Sequence record: PP496439.1
Strand: one strand, 5' to 3'
Length of the DNA: 64,000 nt
The notes beneath the pieces are model-generated. The model did no database searches. It was given only the letters and a program-made list of their open reading frames with translations, and was not told the origin of the DNA. Position 1 is the first letter of the stretch, and each line of letters begins with the position of its first letter. The position numbers were made by a program, and so were the translations under genes. Below, piece after piece: positions 1-10,083 of this stretch.

Positions 1-11
1 CCGGAGGCTAC

Positions 12-755
12 ATGTCATCCCCGTATGGAAAGACAAGTGGCGGGTCAGACCAACCCGCCACCGCAGGATTCACCGACGAACAGGTGATGGACAGTTTGTT
101 CAACTCGTTCCGGCCTGTTCCGGTCAAATACACAGTGGAAGTAATCTCGCCCATATGGCTGCGCACCGAACCGGCTCACCCCTGTCTAGTTCCATGCGTG
201 CCCGTGATCCCGGCGCAGCCACTGGTGGGGGAGTACGAGGAAGCCCCCACAAGCTCGCAGGCGGACGATGAGGAGGATGACCCCGATGATGACCGGTTCA
301 AGCGGCTAGCGCTCGCCTATCCGGGGCTGACGCGCTCGGAACTGGAAGCCATTGAAGGTGAAATCGTTGACGTTCTGGATATCGATGAGGACTTCAGAGA
401 TGAGTTCCTTCGCGATACCCAAGATATGGCTACCAGTATCCGGGAATTCCTCTTCAAGCAAATCGCACCGATGGCTGTAGGTTCCAGTATTGCGTTCGAC
501 GAATTCAATCAGGAACTGTCTGCCGTCCTCGGGGACAAGAACGCCACTTCCAATTTCTCCACCGTCAAGCAGATGCTGGAGGACGCCATGACCATGAAGA
601 CTTTCGAGTTCCTGACCGAGCAGCTCAGCCTGTCGCCGGAAAGCTCGCGCCACGTTCTGTCGGTCTTCATGGCGAAGCGCATCTCCCCCGGAGGTAAGGG
701 CCGAAACACGGAGTCCTTGCTCAAGGATCTGCTTAACGCTACCAAAGGCGCATAA
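12..755 (+). CDS. Hypothetical acidic protein immediately upstream of TerL (possible small terminase or packaging partner)
   Basis: GGAGG RBS at 3-7; stop abuts TerL start; phage-like codon usage. Function is guessed from position only. Confidence 0.6.
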   Translation: MSSPYGKTSGGSDQPATAGFTDEQVMDSLFNSFRPVPVKYTVEVISPIWLRTEPAHPCLVPCVPVIPAQPLVGEYEEAPTSSQADDEEDDPDDDRFKRLALAYPGLTRSELEAIEGEIVDVLDIDEDFRDEFLRDTQDMATSIREFLFKQIAPMAVGSSIAFDEFNQELSAVLGDKNATSNFSTVKQMLEDAMTMKTFEFLTEQLSLSPESSRHVLSVFMAKRISPGGKGRNTESLLKDLLNATKGA

Positions 756-756
756 C

Positions 757-3138
757 ATGGCAGCCAAACCACCTGACAAGATCTCACGACGTAAGCTACA
801 GGAACTTCTGGACCGGAAGGAGGACCAACTAAAGTCTGATCGCCGATCCAAGAAGATCATCACCAAGCTCACGTCGTTCGAGAAGGCGAAAGCCGAAGCC
901 AGAGACATCACTAAGCCCTATCACAAGGAAGTGACTCTGGACGACATCATGGACCTTCGCGGAATGCTGGGCGGCAATCGCGCCATGGCCCCGTTGGAAG
1001 GTCAGTTCCTGATGACACCGGAGGAAGAACAGATCTCGGAACTGGGACTGTCGGAAACGCTGGATGAGATTTTCTCCAGTGGTATCGGCTTGCCTCCCGA
1101 CCTGAAGATCGATGACCGGGATCTGAAAGCGCTGCCCAACGTATTCGAGTGGACTACTTCGAAGATGGGCGCTAAGATGAAGCCGTACGCCCGGCAATAT
1201 GAGGTGATGATCAAGTCCTGCTCTGAGTGGTGCCCACCGTGCACTAAGAAGCGCTGGCCGAAACACAAGATGGGTTTCGCGAAATCGTTTCACTACTCGC
1301 CCGCTCTCCCCGTGGATTTTGACGTAGCCAACATTGACGACTACGTTCAGCACTTGGAGAACGGGCGTTGTCCGTGTTGCAAGAAAAGAAAATCGGAGTT
1401 GGTGCGCAGCGGGCAGTTGCCTCTGGTTACCGAACTGGACATGTGTCTGGGTCAACGGGCGGGTAAGTCTGCAACGATCTATTCCCTGATCCCCTATCTC
1501 ATTCACCGTTGGCTCAAGGTTCCTTCCCCGGTACAGGCGCTGGGACTGCTGGACAACACCCTGCTGTCTGGGGTAGTAGTAGCATTGACCTATGCCAAGG
1601 CCACGTCCCTTCTGTGGCAGCCGATCCACAACGCTATCTCGAACACCGGATGGTTCAAAGAGTACAACGCGCTGTTGAACCACTACCAAGAGTTCTACGG
1701 CGAGGAATTCTTCAAGCTGAAAGACTCGTTCGTGCAGTACGGCCACCGGAACATGATCTTCAGCCCCTCCGGCCCGAACAAGCGTACACTCCGGGGTGAG
1801 ACCCGTATCTGGACCGGCACGGACGAAATCGGTTTCTTCTACCATGGCGACGACGGCGACGACAAGGAACGTGCATCGGCCAACGAGGTATACGTATCGC
1901 TGGGTAACTCCCTGTTCACGGTTAAGAAGGCAGCGGAAACTGCCTTACTGTCCGGCATGGACGGTATCCCTATGACTCTGATGGCGAACATCTCCTCGCC
2001 ATCTAGCTACAAAGACAAGATCATGTCGCTGATCCGTGAGTTCGAGAACGAGCCCACCGTCGTGACCATGCACTTGCCCACCTGGGAGTTCAACCCCAAG
2101 ACCAGCAAAGGTGACTTCAAGAAGGAATATGCGGCTGATCCTGTCAAGGCAGACCGTGACTTCGGGGCTAACCCGCCGATGTCCGAGAACCCGTACCTTC
2201 CTGACCTCGAACCCATGAAGCGTCAGGTACTCAAGTCCCAGCGCAATATGGTAGAGTACGAATATAAGCTGATCAAGGCTACCAACGGTGCACCACAGCG
2301 CTATGCCAAGATCAAGCGACTCCGTGAGTTCATGGACAAGGTGCCGAAGCACGTGATGACCATCGACGCCGGGCACAGCAACAACTCCTTCGCCTTGACC
2401 GTTGGTTATCCAGAGATGTACCGAGGGAAGCTTCGTCTGGTGTGCACGGGTGTGGTGGAAGTGGCACCGACACATGGCCAGAACACTATAAACTTCACCA
2501 AGATCGCCAAGGAAATGATCTACCCATTGATTGAGCACTTCAACGTTGGTCTGGTGGTGACTGATCGCTGGAACTCTTTGAAGCTGCTGCATGACATCGA
2601 AGACGAGTACGGTATCTTCACGTTGCAGTACAGCTTGCGGCCTGACGACTTCAACTTCATCTACGACTACTACATGGATGAGGACTTCGCCTATGCCCGT
2701 ATTCCGGTGCCTGAGATTCCCATTGATCAGATCATGGACGTCGATATCGATGAGTACCCGAAGTGCTTCGGTCCCGGCAACAAGACCACGGGCAGGCCAA
2801 TGCCTGTAGCGCACATGATCCATCAGTCGCAAACGGTTCAGGTGAATAGCCGGGGCAGTGTGGACAAAGGCTTGGGTCTGACCGATGACATCTTCCGTGC
2901 GTTCAACTTGCTCACCTATGTCTGCGTGGATGAGGAATACGTGGAAGAATACATGCTGCTAACGGGTTCGGTCGCGGGTGAGAAGCGTGCCATTGGCGCC
3001 ATGGCAAGAGGTGGCATAACTCCGGGTAGTCGGGGCAGTGGGGGCAAGGCCATGACTACCTCCGTCGGTGCGGTCGCGGGGGCGAGCACAGCCTCCGGCA
3101 GCGGCGGGAACGGTGTATTCAGCCGTACGTCCCGCTAA
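757..3138 (+). CDS. terL: Terminase large subunit
   Basis: Walker A GQRAGKS, Walker B IWTGTDEIG, RNase H-type nuclease motifs VMTIDAGHSNNSF, VVTDRWNS, LTDDIFRA; followed by a portal-like gene. Confidence 0.9.
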   Translation: MAAKPPDKISRRKLQELLDRKEDQLKSDRRSKKIITKLTSFEKAKAEARDITKPYHKEVTLDDIMDLRGMLGGNRAMAPLEGQFLMTPEEEQISELGLSETLDEIFSSGIGLPPDLKIDDRDLKALPNVFEWTTSKMGAKMKPYARQYEVMIKSCSEWCPPCTKKRWPKHKMGFAKSFHYSPALPVDFDVANIDDYVQHLENGRCPCCKKRKSELVRSGQLPLVTELDMCLGQRAGKSATIYSLIPYLIHRWLKVPSPVQALGLLDNTLLSGVVVALTYAKATSLLWQPIHNAISNTGWFKEYNALLNHYQEFYGEEFFKLKDSFVQYGHRNMIFSPSGPNKRTLRGETRIWTGTDEIGFFYHGDDGDDKERASANEVYVSLGNSLFTVKKAAETALLSGMDGIPMTLMANISSPSSYKDKIMSLIREFENEPTVVTMHLPTWEFNPKTSKGDFKKEYAADPVKADRDFGANPPMSENPYLPDLEPMKRQVLKSQRNMVEYEYKLIKATNGAPQRYAKIKRLREFMDKVPKHVMTIDAGHSNNSFALTVGYPEMYRGKLRLVCTGVVEVAPTHGQNTINFTKIAKEMIYPLIEHFNVGLVVTDRWNSLKLLHDIEDEYGIFTLQYSLRPDDFNFIYDYYMDEDFAYARIPVPEIPIDQIMDVDIDEYPKCFGPGNKTTGRPMPVAHMIHQSQTVQVNSRGSVDKGLGLTDDIFRAFNLLTYVCVDEEYVEEYMLLTGSVAGEKRAIGAMARGGITPGSRGSGGKAMTTSVGAVAGASTASGSGGNGVFSRTSR

Positions 3139-3191
3139 TTCAGACCCTAATTAAAGCCATTAAACGGATAACCCGAGTCGGGAGACCTGAA

Positions 3192-3419
3192 ATGCTGAAC
3201 GTATTCGATTTGATCAAGAGTAAGATGCCTAACGTCCACATCGAAGAAGCCCGCGTGGCTGAGGAACGTGAGATGGCTACGGCAGGGCTGAGCAACGATG
3301 ACCCTCTGGTGTGCCCCGTGTGCAAAGAGCGGACCCAACCGATCATGGGGGGCAATAACGTACCCATGCTCATCTGCGAGAAAGACCGCGTAGCCATGCC
3401 TGTCCCTGAAGGGGTCTAA
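3192..3419 (+). CDS. Small Zn-ribbon-like protein between TerL and portal
   Basis: GGAG RBS; CPVC...LICEKD motif; tightly packed against the next gene. Confidence 0.7.
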   Translation: MLNVFDLIKSKMPNVHIEEARVAEEREMATAGLSNDDPLVCPVCKERTQPIMGGNNVPMLICEKDRVAMPVPEGV

Positions 3420-3420
3420 C

Positions 3421-5235
3421 ATGATCCGAATGAACAACCGCATGCGGTTATCAGACAAGAATGGTCGCATGACGACCATCGCGTCACCGCAGAGCATGAG
3501 TGGCAGCATGGGTGCAGGGGGTCACCCCATGACTCGCGCCATGGGTGGCAACGCGTCCACCCGAGACAGCCTGCTTGACGGCATCCTGAAGCTCGACCCG
3601 GATGTCATGCGTCAGATCTACATGGACATGTACCTGTTTGATCCGACCATCGGTGGTGCCACCGACTTGCTTGCCCAGAGCCCGTGGTCGGACTACGATC
3701 TGGTAGACGCTGAACCGGATCAACTGGACATCTTCTACCGGTCGATGGAACTGCTGAACTACCGAGAGCTGATGCCGGAGTTCACCATCGACTACCTGAC
3801 GCTGGGTGCTGCCGTAGGTACTCCGCTGTACAGCGTGTCGGAAAAGGCATTCACCGACATCATCCCGCACTCCATCGCCAGTATTCAGGTTCAGGAAGTT
3901 CCACTGTATTCCCAAGACCCAGTGCTGACGCTGCTGGTGCCGGAAGAAATGCGCACGTTCGCGACCAGTCAAGACCCGTACGTGGTCAAGATGCGGCAGC
4001 GTATGACACCGAAGATGGTGGAAGCGTTCCGAGCGCAGGAGGTTGCGCTTGATCCGGTGACCACGCTGTACGTACCCCGCACTTCGTTCTCGACAGTGCA
4101 GCAAGGCGTATCGCTGTACACCCGCTTGATCCCGATCTACTTGCTGGAACGTCTGCTGTACCGTGGCACGTTGACCGAGGCTACTCGCCGCCAGCGCTCT
4201 ACGTTGCACATTCAAGCTGGTGACGATCTGTGGAACCCGGACGACAATGAGCTGAACAGTCTGGTGCAGCTGTTCCTGCAAGCCGAGCAAGATCCAGTGT
4301 CGGCTATCGTCGCTACCCAGATGAACGTGCAGACTCAGGAGATTCGAGCTGCCGGTGACTTCTGGAAGTGGACGGATAACCTGGAGCAGTTCAACGACAT
4401 CAAGCTGCGAGGCATGGGGATCAACGAATCCTACATGTCAGGTGATGTGACCTACGACAACCTGAGTACCAGTGTTACCATGTTCCAAGAGCAGCAGGAC
4501 TCGCTCCGGGAAATGATGGTGCGTAAGACGCTGTACACCAAGGTGTTCCCGGTACTGTCGATCACCCACGACTTCCGCCGCAAGGAAGAGTCGAGTCATG
4601 CTCGCCGCGAGATGGCTACGGCCAAGGCTGCACAGAAGCGTACCCTGAACGATTCGTTCGCGTTCCAGGTGAACGACAAATCGTCGCTGGTCATCCCCAA
4701 AGTGGTGTGGCACAAGAAGCTGCGTTCCATGTACACCGAAGGTTCGTTCGACATCCTTGAGAAGCTGTCGGAAGCTGGTCTGCCGGTTACACTCCGGGCA
4801 TGGGCCGCTGCCGGGGGTTACGACCTGGATAGCGCCATGCAGGCAATGGCCGACGACGCCAAGCTGCGGAAGCAGGTGTCAGACTTCAAAGCCGAGAACG
4901 GTATCGACGCCGGTACGGAAAACGACTTCAACCTCGATGGTGATACTGAGCTGTCGATGGTCAGGTCCGCATCCGCGTTGCTGGACAAGGCAATGGGTGG
5001 CCGGGGTATGAAGCCGCTGGGTCTGCTGGGCCGTGAGTTCAGTGAGGCGGATTCCGAAGTGGTGCGCCATGATCACTCTGGCAAACGCAAGTGGGTTCCT
5101 GACCAGCACCGTGCCAAGCGAGAAGAGAACGACAAGGCAATGAAGGCTTTGAAGCAGTCCTCTGATCCGGACTTCCGTGCCAAGACGATTGCCGCCGTTA
5201 ACCGTAGACAAGGCGCGAGAAAGACTCGCGGCTGA
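3421..5235 (+). CDS. Probable portal protein
   Basis: 604 aa, mostly helical, directly downstream of TerL in a head module; N-terminal MYLFDP..IGGA.DL pattern seen in myovirus portals. No decisive motif. Confidence 0.65.
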   Translation: MIRMNNRMRLSDKNGRMTTIASPQSMSGSMGAGGHPMTRAMGGNASTRDSLLDGILKLDPDVMRQIYMDMYLFDPTIGGATDLLAQSPWSDYDLVDAEPDQLDIFYRSMELLNYRELMPEFTIDYLTLGAAVGTPLYSVSEKAFTDIIPHSIASIQVQEVPLYSQDPVLTLLVPEEMRTFATSQDPYVVKMRQRMTPKMVEAFRAQEVALDPVTTLYVPRTSFSTVQQGVSLYTRLIPIYLLERLLYRGTLTEATRRQRSTLHIQAGDDLWNPDDNELNSLVQLFLQAEQDPVSAIVATQMNVQTQEIRAAGDFWKWTDNLEQFNDIKLRGMGINESYMSGDVTYDNLSTSVTMFQEQQDSLREMMVRKTLYTKVFPVLSITHDFRRKEESSHARREMATAKAAQKRTLNDSFAFQVNDKSSLVIPKVVWHKKLRSMYTEGSFDILEKLSEAGLPVTLRAWAAAGGYDLDSAMQAMADDAKLRKQVSDFKAENGIDAGTENDFNLDGDTELSMVRSASALLDKAMGGRGMKPLGLLGREFSEADSEVVRHDHSGKRKWVPDQHRAKREENDKAMKALKQSSDPDFRAKTIAAVNRRQGARKTRG

Positions 5236-5259
5236 CAATTATATAACTGGAGAGCATAC

Positions 5260-6957
5260 ATGAAACACAATCCACAAGTCACGCGCCTTTCCGCCTTGGC
5301 TGCTGCCGGTATCAACGTCAAGTCAGGCTCGCCGGTAGATGTCGTGCACCAGCACACTCGCACTCTGGGCAACAACATCGACAAGTTGAGCACGCCTCGT
5401 CAGTGGGCCATTGCTCATCTGATGAACGAAGCGGCCGACCTGCTGGTTGTAGAAACTGGCAGCCTTCAAGACGACTACATCGACTACTTCAAAGGTGCAC
5501 TGGAGAAGTTCGGTGTGTCCTCCCCGGCGGAATTGACCCAAGAGAAGGCTTCCGAGTTCTTCAACTGGATCAGCGACAACTGGAAGAAAGGTGAAGGCCC
5601 GAAAGAAACGGCAGGCGCCTTCAACTCCGACAAGTCTCGTCGTACCCTTCGTGATCAGCTTACGGCGGTATTGAGTCTCTCCGGCTCGAAACGTAAGTCT
5701 TTTGTGGCGCAAGTACTCAAGACGGCCAAAGCTGAAGGCACCACTATCCCCGAGCCTCAGATGTATGATGATCGCGGGCTCACTGCGTGGATGAACTCGA
5801 AAGTAACTGATCTTCAGCTCACTCAAGATGTACTCACCGACATGGGTGTACTGAAGTGGGCAGAAGAGTCGGAAGCCAACGTGGAAGTTGAAACCGCCAG
5901 TCAGTTCTCCTTCGTCAAAGTCACCCAGAACGGTAACACGTATCGTCTGGAAGCGTCGGACACCGGTAACTTCAAATCCGTCATGATCTGGAAAGGCGGC
6001 ATGTGGACGAAGCCAGGTCCGGACGAAGCGTTCAAGGATAAAGAGCCACACCGCATGCTGGGTGCCCTGCGCACGCCCAACGGTGCAGAACTGGCTACCC
6101 TCAACCTGCCGGAAACCCCAGTGGCAAGCATGGAAGAGATGGCCGAGCTGTTCGGCGCCATGGGTATCGAAGAGAGCGAGATCCGTCGCTTCTACGGCGG
6201 TGGTCCAGAGTGGAATGATCGCAGCGTCTACGATGGCAACATCCCGAGCGTATCCCCGGCCAATCTGGGCGTGAGCCCAACTTACGCCTACACCGACATG
6301 CACCCGCTGCGTGCTTACGAGGCAGAGGACACCATCCGTATCAACGGTCTGGATGCCACGTTGCAATCCATCGACAACGGGCAGGCTGTGTTCACGGTTG
6401 ACGGCGTAGATACCACCACGGTGCCGCTGGACAACATCGTGGTCGCTGAAGGTGAAGCCTCGGTAGTAGCCACCGCCATGGTATCTCATCGCGTACTGGT
6501 CACTGCTGGTCACGAAGACCTGACTCAGTACAAGTCGCTGCGTCACGACTTCGAGGCTGTTACTGCGAACCACCAAGAGCTGTCACAAGTCAAGGTAGGC
6601 CCGGCGCTGCAAACCCTCGCCAAGGCGGGTAACCGTCGCGCTCTGGTACTGGCCCACGCCGGTGTGCAGCGTATCAACGAAGGTCATGCACTGCTCAAAG
6701 CCTCCATCGGATATGGCAAGGAAGCGGCGACCGCCAGTGTCATCACAGAGCTGGCCGATCTGAACAACCTGTGTGGCAAGGATCAGGTGTCGGCACAAGA
6801 CGTGATCGACTCCGCGCCGGTGGTCACTCATCTGAAGCAGGGCGAGTTCAAGGCCGACATGCCGGACGTGGTTGACTCTTCGGACTTCGAGCTGAACGAT
6901 CCGCAAGCCGAACAGGCGTCCACGCGCAAGAGCCGCTTCCCAAGCCGCAAGCGCTAA
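5260..6957 (+). CDS. Hypothetical head-module (probable virion) protein
   Basis: GGAG RBS; lies between portal and protease; several ETA(S/G)/ATA motifs shared with neighbours. Confidence 0.65.
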   Translation: MKHNPQVTRLSALAAAGINVKSGSPVDVVHQHTRTLGNNIDKLSTPRQWAIAHLMNEAADLLVVETGSLQDDYIDYFKGALEKFGVSSPAELTQEKASEFFNWISDNWKKGEGPKETAGAFNSDKSRRTLRDQLTAVLSLSGSKRKSFVAQVLKTAKAEGTTIPEPQMYDDRGLTAWMNSKVTDLQLTQDVLTDMGVLKWAEESEANVEVETASQFSFVKVTQNGNTYRLEASDTGNFKSVMIWKGGMWTKPGPDEAFKDKEPHRMLGALRTPNGAELATLNLPETPVASMEEMAELFGAMGIEESEIRRFYGGGPEWNDRSVYDGNIPSVSPANLGVSPTYAYTDMHPLRAYEAEDTIRINGLDATLQSIDNGQAVFTVDGVDTTTVPLDNIVVAEGEASVVATAMVSHRVLVTAGHEDLTQYKSLRHDFEAVTANHQELSQVKVGPALQTLAKAGNRRALVLAHAGVQRINEGHALLKASIGYGKEAATASVITELADLNNLCGKDQVSAQDVIDSAPVVTHLKQGEFKADMPDVVDSSDFELNDPQAEQASTRKSRFPSRKR

Positions 6958-7004
6958 TCATCTGGACAGGGGGATCGCAAGGTCCCCTCATCAGGAACTT
7001 GACT

Positions 7005-9026
7005 ATGACAATCAAGAGTGCTACGTTTGCGGAAGCTGAATCGCAAGCTCAAGGCCTAGCCAACTCCATGGGATGGCCGGGTGAGGTAATGGACAACGGT
7101 GACGGCACTGTCACTCTGTCGCCACCCGACGCATGGGACGATGAAGAGAACCCCGGCAAGGTGGCAGCGTCCAAGCTGACCGGCAACAAGGACTGTCACG
7201 TCTTCGCCAGTATGGTGGTGCCCAGTGAAGGTGAGTGGATGGCTGTCGTCATTCAAGGTACCCCAGCGCTGGTACTCATCGACCAAGGATCTGGTGAAGG
7301 CTGGTTGACCCTACAGGCCCCTGCGGACTTCGATGTCCCGGAGAGCGTGCTGATTCCTTTCCAACAACGCCTGACCCAAACGGAAACCGCTTCAATGGAT
7401 ATCGATCAAAACGTAGAACTGGCAGCAGGTAAGAAAGCGTCCGAGGTAGACGTATTGCTCAAGCTGCGCGCTGAGTACGACAGCATCAAGACGGCTAAGT
7501 CCCGCGTAGGAATCTTGCGCGCCAAGAAACCAGCCGAATACAAAAAGAAAGTAGCGGATCTGAACAAGCGGGAAGAAAAGCTGAAAGCTGCTATCGAAAA
7601 GATTATCCCGTCAGGCCGTATGCCTTCGCACGACAGTTTGGTTCGCCGTAAGGCAGCAGAGGCTGGCAAGCCCGTAGCGCCTGTTAAGCGGGTGAGTAAG
7701 GAGGATAAGGATAAGGCCGCGAAGGATCGAATCCACCAGAACATGCTTCAAGATTCCAAACGTACCAGCGATACGGTCAAGAAGCATGGTGTCTCCGAAT
7801 CAGAAGCCCGCACTTTGCACCGGGGCAAGTACCCCAAATCTTACATGCAGGCTGAAAAGGATCTGGATGAGCTTACCCACAAGCTAAAAGATCCGGACCT
7901 TACTGATGCGCAGGAAGCCAAGCTGGAAAAAGAGGTAAAGGAACGTCGGGCGCAACTGAAGTCGAAGAAAAAGAAATATGATGCCGTCCTCAAGGAAACA
8001 GAGGAATCCTCGGTTAAGCCGGTCACTCGTACTCAAGTTCTGGCTAACGTATCCAGCGACCCGGCCACTCCTGATTATCAGGAAGCCTCGATCACTGGTG
8101 TTACGCCGGAAGGTAACATCTCAGTAGCGTTCGCTGACGGTGACATCGGTGTGTACCAAGGTAAGTTCGACCCGGCTGGCCTTATGCCAATCGCGGAAGC
8201 GGCAGGCGTTGAAGTTGCCAGCTTCAAACACCACACCATGGTTCTGGCCAACGTTGGCACTGCGGCAGCACCTGAATACGCCGAAGCTGAGGTGGTTGGT
8301 TCCACCGAGGAAGGCCATCTGGAAGTCGCTTTCGCCGATGGTGACGTGGGTATCTACCGTTCCTTGTTCCACCCTACCGGTATCTTACCGCTGGGTGTGA
8401 CTGCCGAGACGGCCAGTGTGCTCATCGAGGTAGCTGCACGTACGGCAATGAGCCCGGAGCAGAAGCTCAAGCGTGCTGAGGACCTGCTCAAGCTGCGCAT
8501 CCTGCACGACAAGTACGAGACCAACACCGACGCCCTGAAAGGCAAGAAGGGTCCGGACAATAAAGCCAAGCGCGACAAGAACAACGCTGACAAGGTGAAG
8601 CTTCGTGCCAAGCTGGACAAGATGGGTGTCACGTCGCTGCCGAGCAAAGCTCACCTGCAGCGTACCATCAAGCAGCACAGCGATCTGCCGACTCGTATGC
8701 GTGCATCGGACAAGAAGCCAGCCGTCAAGCCGGGGGCTAAACCCGCTGCTAAGAAGCCAGCGGCTAAGAAAACTATCGTAAGCCTCAATGACGATATCAA
8801 GCTTGCCAAGTCACGGTTGAAGTCTGCCAAGTTAAGGGGGGATGAAAGTACCATCAAGCATGCAGAGGCTCAGATTGAAAAGTGGACCGACGAGCTGAAT
8901 GATCTGCTCAGGGCCAAAGGGCATGATATCCCTGTTCGCAAGAAACCAGCTGCAAAGGAAGCACCTGCCTCTAACACTCGGGAAGTTAACCGAATGGCCA
9001 AAATGATGAAGAAGTACAAAGGCTAA
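7005..9026 (+). CDS. Lys-rich putative internal head protein with two Tudor/SH3-like repeats (VLANV...VAFADGD)
   Basis: CAGGA RBS 8 nt before ATG 7005; internal repeat at 8025-8393; histone-H1-like KKPA tracts. Confidence 0.7.
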   Translation: MTIKSATFAEAESQAQGLANSMGWPGEVMDNGDGTVTLSPPDAWDDEENPGKVAASKLTGNKDCHVFASMVVPSEGEWMAVVIQGTPALVLIDQGSGEGWLTLQAPADFDVPESVLIPFQQRLTQTETASMDIDQNVELAAGKKASEVDVLLKLRAEYDSIKTAKSRVGILRAKKPAEYKKKVADLNKREEKLKAAIEKIIPSGRMPSHDSLVRRKAAEAGKPVAPVKRVSKEDKDKAAKDRIHQNMLQDSKRTSDTVKKHGVSESEARTLHRGKYPKSYMQAEKDLDELTHKLKDPDLTDAQEAKLEKEVKERRAQLKSKKKKYDAVLKETEESSVKPVTRTQVLANVSSDPATPDYQEASITGVTPEGNISVAFADGDIGVYQGKFDPAGLMPIAEAAGVEVASFKHHTMVLANVGTAAAPEYAEAEVVGSTEEGHLEVAFADGDVGIYRSLFHPTGILPLGVTAETASVLIEVAARTAMSPEQKLKRAEDLLKLRILHDKYETNTDALKGKKGPDNKAKRDKNNADKVKLRAKLDKMGVTSLPSKAHLQRTIKQHSDLPTRMRASDKKPAVKPGAKPAAKKPAAKKTIVSLNDDIKLAKSRLKSAKLRGDESTIKHAEAQIEKWTDELNDLLRAKGHDIPVRKKPAAKEAPASNTREVNRMAKMMKKYKG

Positions 9027-9047
9027 TCCCTCTGACTGGAGCAAGAC

Positions 9048-9806
9048 ATGAACGTGTTTGAAATGATTGCCCAGCAGAACGCCGCGATGAAACCCATCGA
9101 CGTGCACAAGCTGGTTAAAGGCAAGGATGTAGATCCAAAGCTCAAGGAGATGACCACAGCCAAAGTCGGTATGCCCGGCTTGGCCCAGGCCATTACGTTC
9201 GCGGAGTGGTTGCCGTTCGCGGCCAAGACGTATCACTGCTCGCCGGATCCGAAGGATTACATTCTGGTCCCGAACATCGTGATGCCATCGGAGATCCCCA
9301 ACCGGAATGGCGTGGGCTTCCCCTTGCAGCAACTGGTACGCTTCAACCCCGAGACTGGTTGCCAAGGCTTCCGTACGGCAGTCGGCAAGGGTACGTACGC
9401 GGACCACCAGAACAACACCGTCGCCCCGCTGGCGAAAGGCGTGATCGTGGATTCGTTCATGCGTCCGCTGGAAGGCTTCAAGGGCGGCGTGTGGAAGTTG
9501 CTGTTCCTCTTGGCGTACGACCGGTCCAAAGACCAAGCGCTCACCAACGCCATCTTGGCGGGCACTCGTACCAACTACAGCATGGGCGCCTACCTGACCA
9601 AGTACACGTGTTCCATCTGTGGCCGGGATCGGGGTCAGTGTGTGCACTTGAGCGCGCAGAAAGGTTCGGTGAACTTCCGCAAGGTAGGGAACCAGCTGGC
9701 GTACTCGCAGGCATACGAACCAATTTTCTTCGAGACGTCCTCGGTAGAAGATCCGGCTTTCGTATCGTCGATCACCGGCGCTGACCACCTGCTTATCACT
9801 CGGTAA
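9048..9806 (+). CDS. Probable prohead (maturation) protease
   Basis: YADH...GVIVD, NYSMG (candidate catalytic Ser), CSICG..C.H insert, FFETSSVEDPAF; position in the head module. Confidence 0.65.
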   Translation: MNVFEMIAQQNAAMKPIDVHKLVKGKDVDPKLKEMTTAKVGMPGLAQAITFAEWLPFAAKTYHCSPDPKDYILVPNIVMPSEIPNRNGVGFPLQQLVRFNPETGCQGFRTAVGKGTYADHQNNTVAPLAKGVIVDSFMRPLEGFKGGVWKLLFLLAYDRSKDQALTNAILAGTRTNYSMGAYLTKYTCSICGRDRGQCVHLSAQKGSVNFRKVGNQLAYSQAYEPIFFETSSVEDPAFVSSITGADHLLITR

Positions 9807-9838
9807 GCAGGAACCCCGTAAGAAGTAGAGGTAACATC

Positions 9839-9997
9839 ATGGGTATCACTACCATTCTCCTGATCGTGTTGATAGTTCTGCTCGTCTGCGGCTTGCCCGT
9901 GTTCCCGTACTCCACTGGTTGGGGCTACGGTCCATCTGGACTGCTCACGGTTATCGTCGTTATCCTGCTTATCCTCGTCTTGACCGGACGACTGTGA
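9839..9997 (+). CDS. DUF3309-family small membrane protein (52 aa; absent from the ORF track)
   Basis: Translated by hand: MGITTILLIVLIVLLVCGLPVFPYSTGWGYGPSGLLTVIVVILLILVLTGRL; GAGGT RBS; LP.(F/W)P.S..WGYGPSG signature; terminator follows. Confidence 0.8.
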   Translation: MGITTILLIVLIVLLVCGLPVFPYSTGWGYGPSGLLTVIVVILLILVLTGRL

Positions 9998-10002
9998 CAA
10001 CC

Positions 10003-10035
10003 GCCCGCTCTGGCAAACGCTGGGGCGGGCTTTTT
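10003..10035 (+). terminator. Rho-independent terminator
   Basis: GCCCGC/GCGGGC stem followed by TTTTT. Confidence 0.8.
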
Positions 10036-10083
10036 CGTATCTGCTAATTACAAAACATGGATAAATAAATTGGAAGATGGGAC

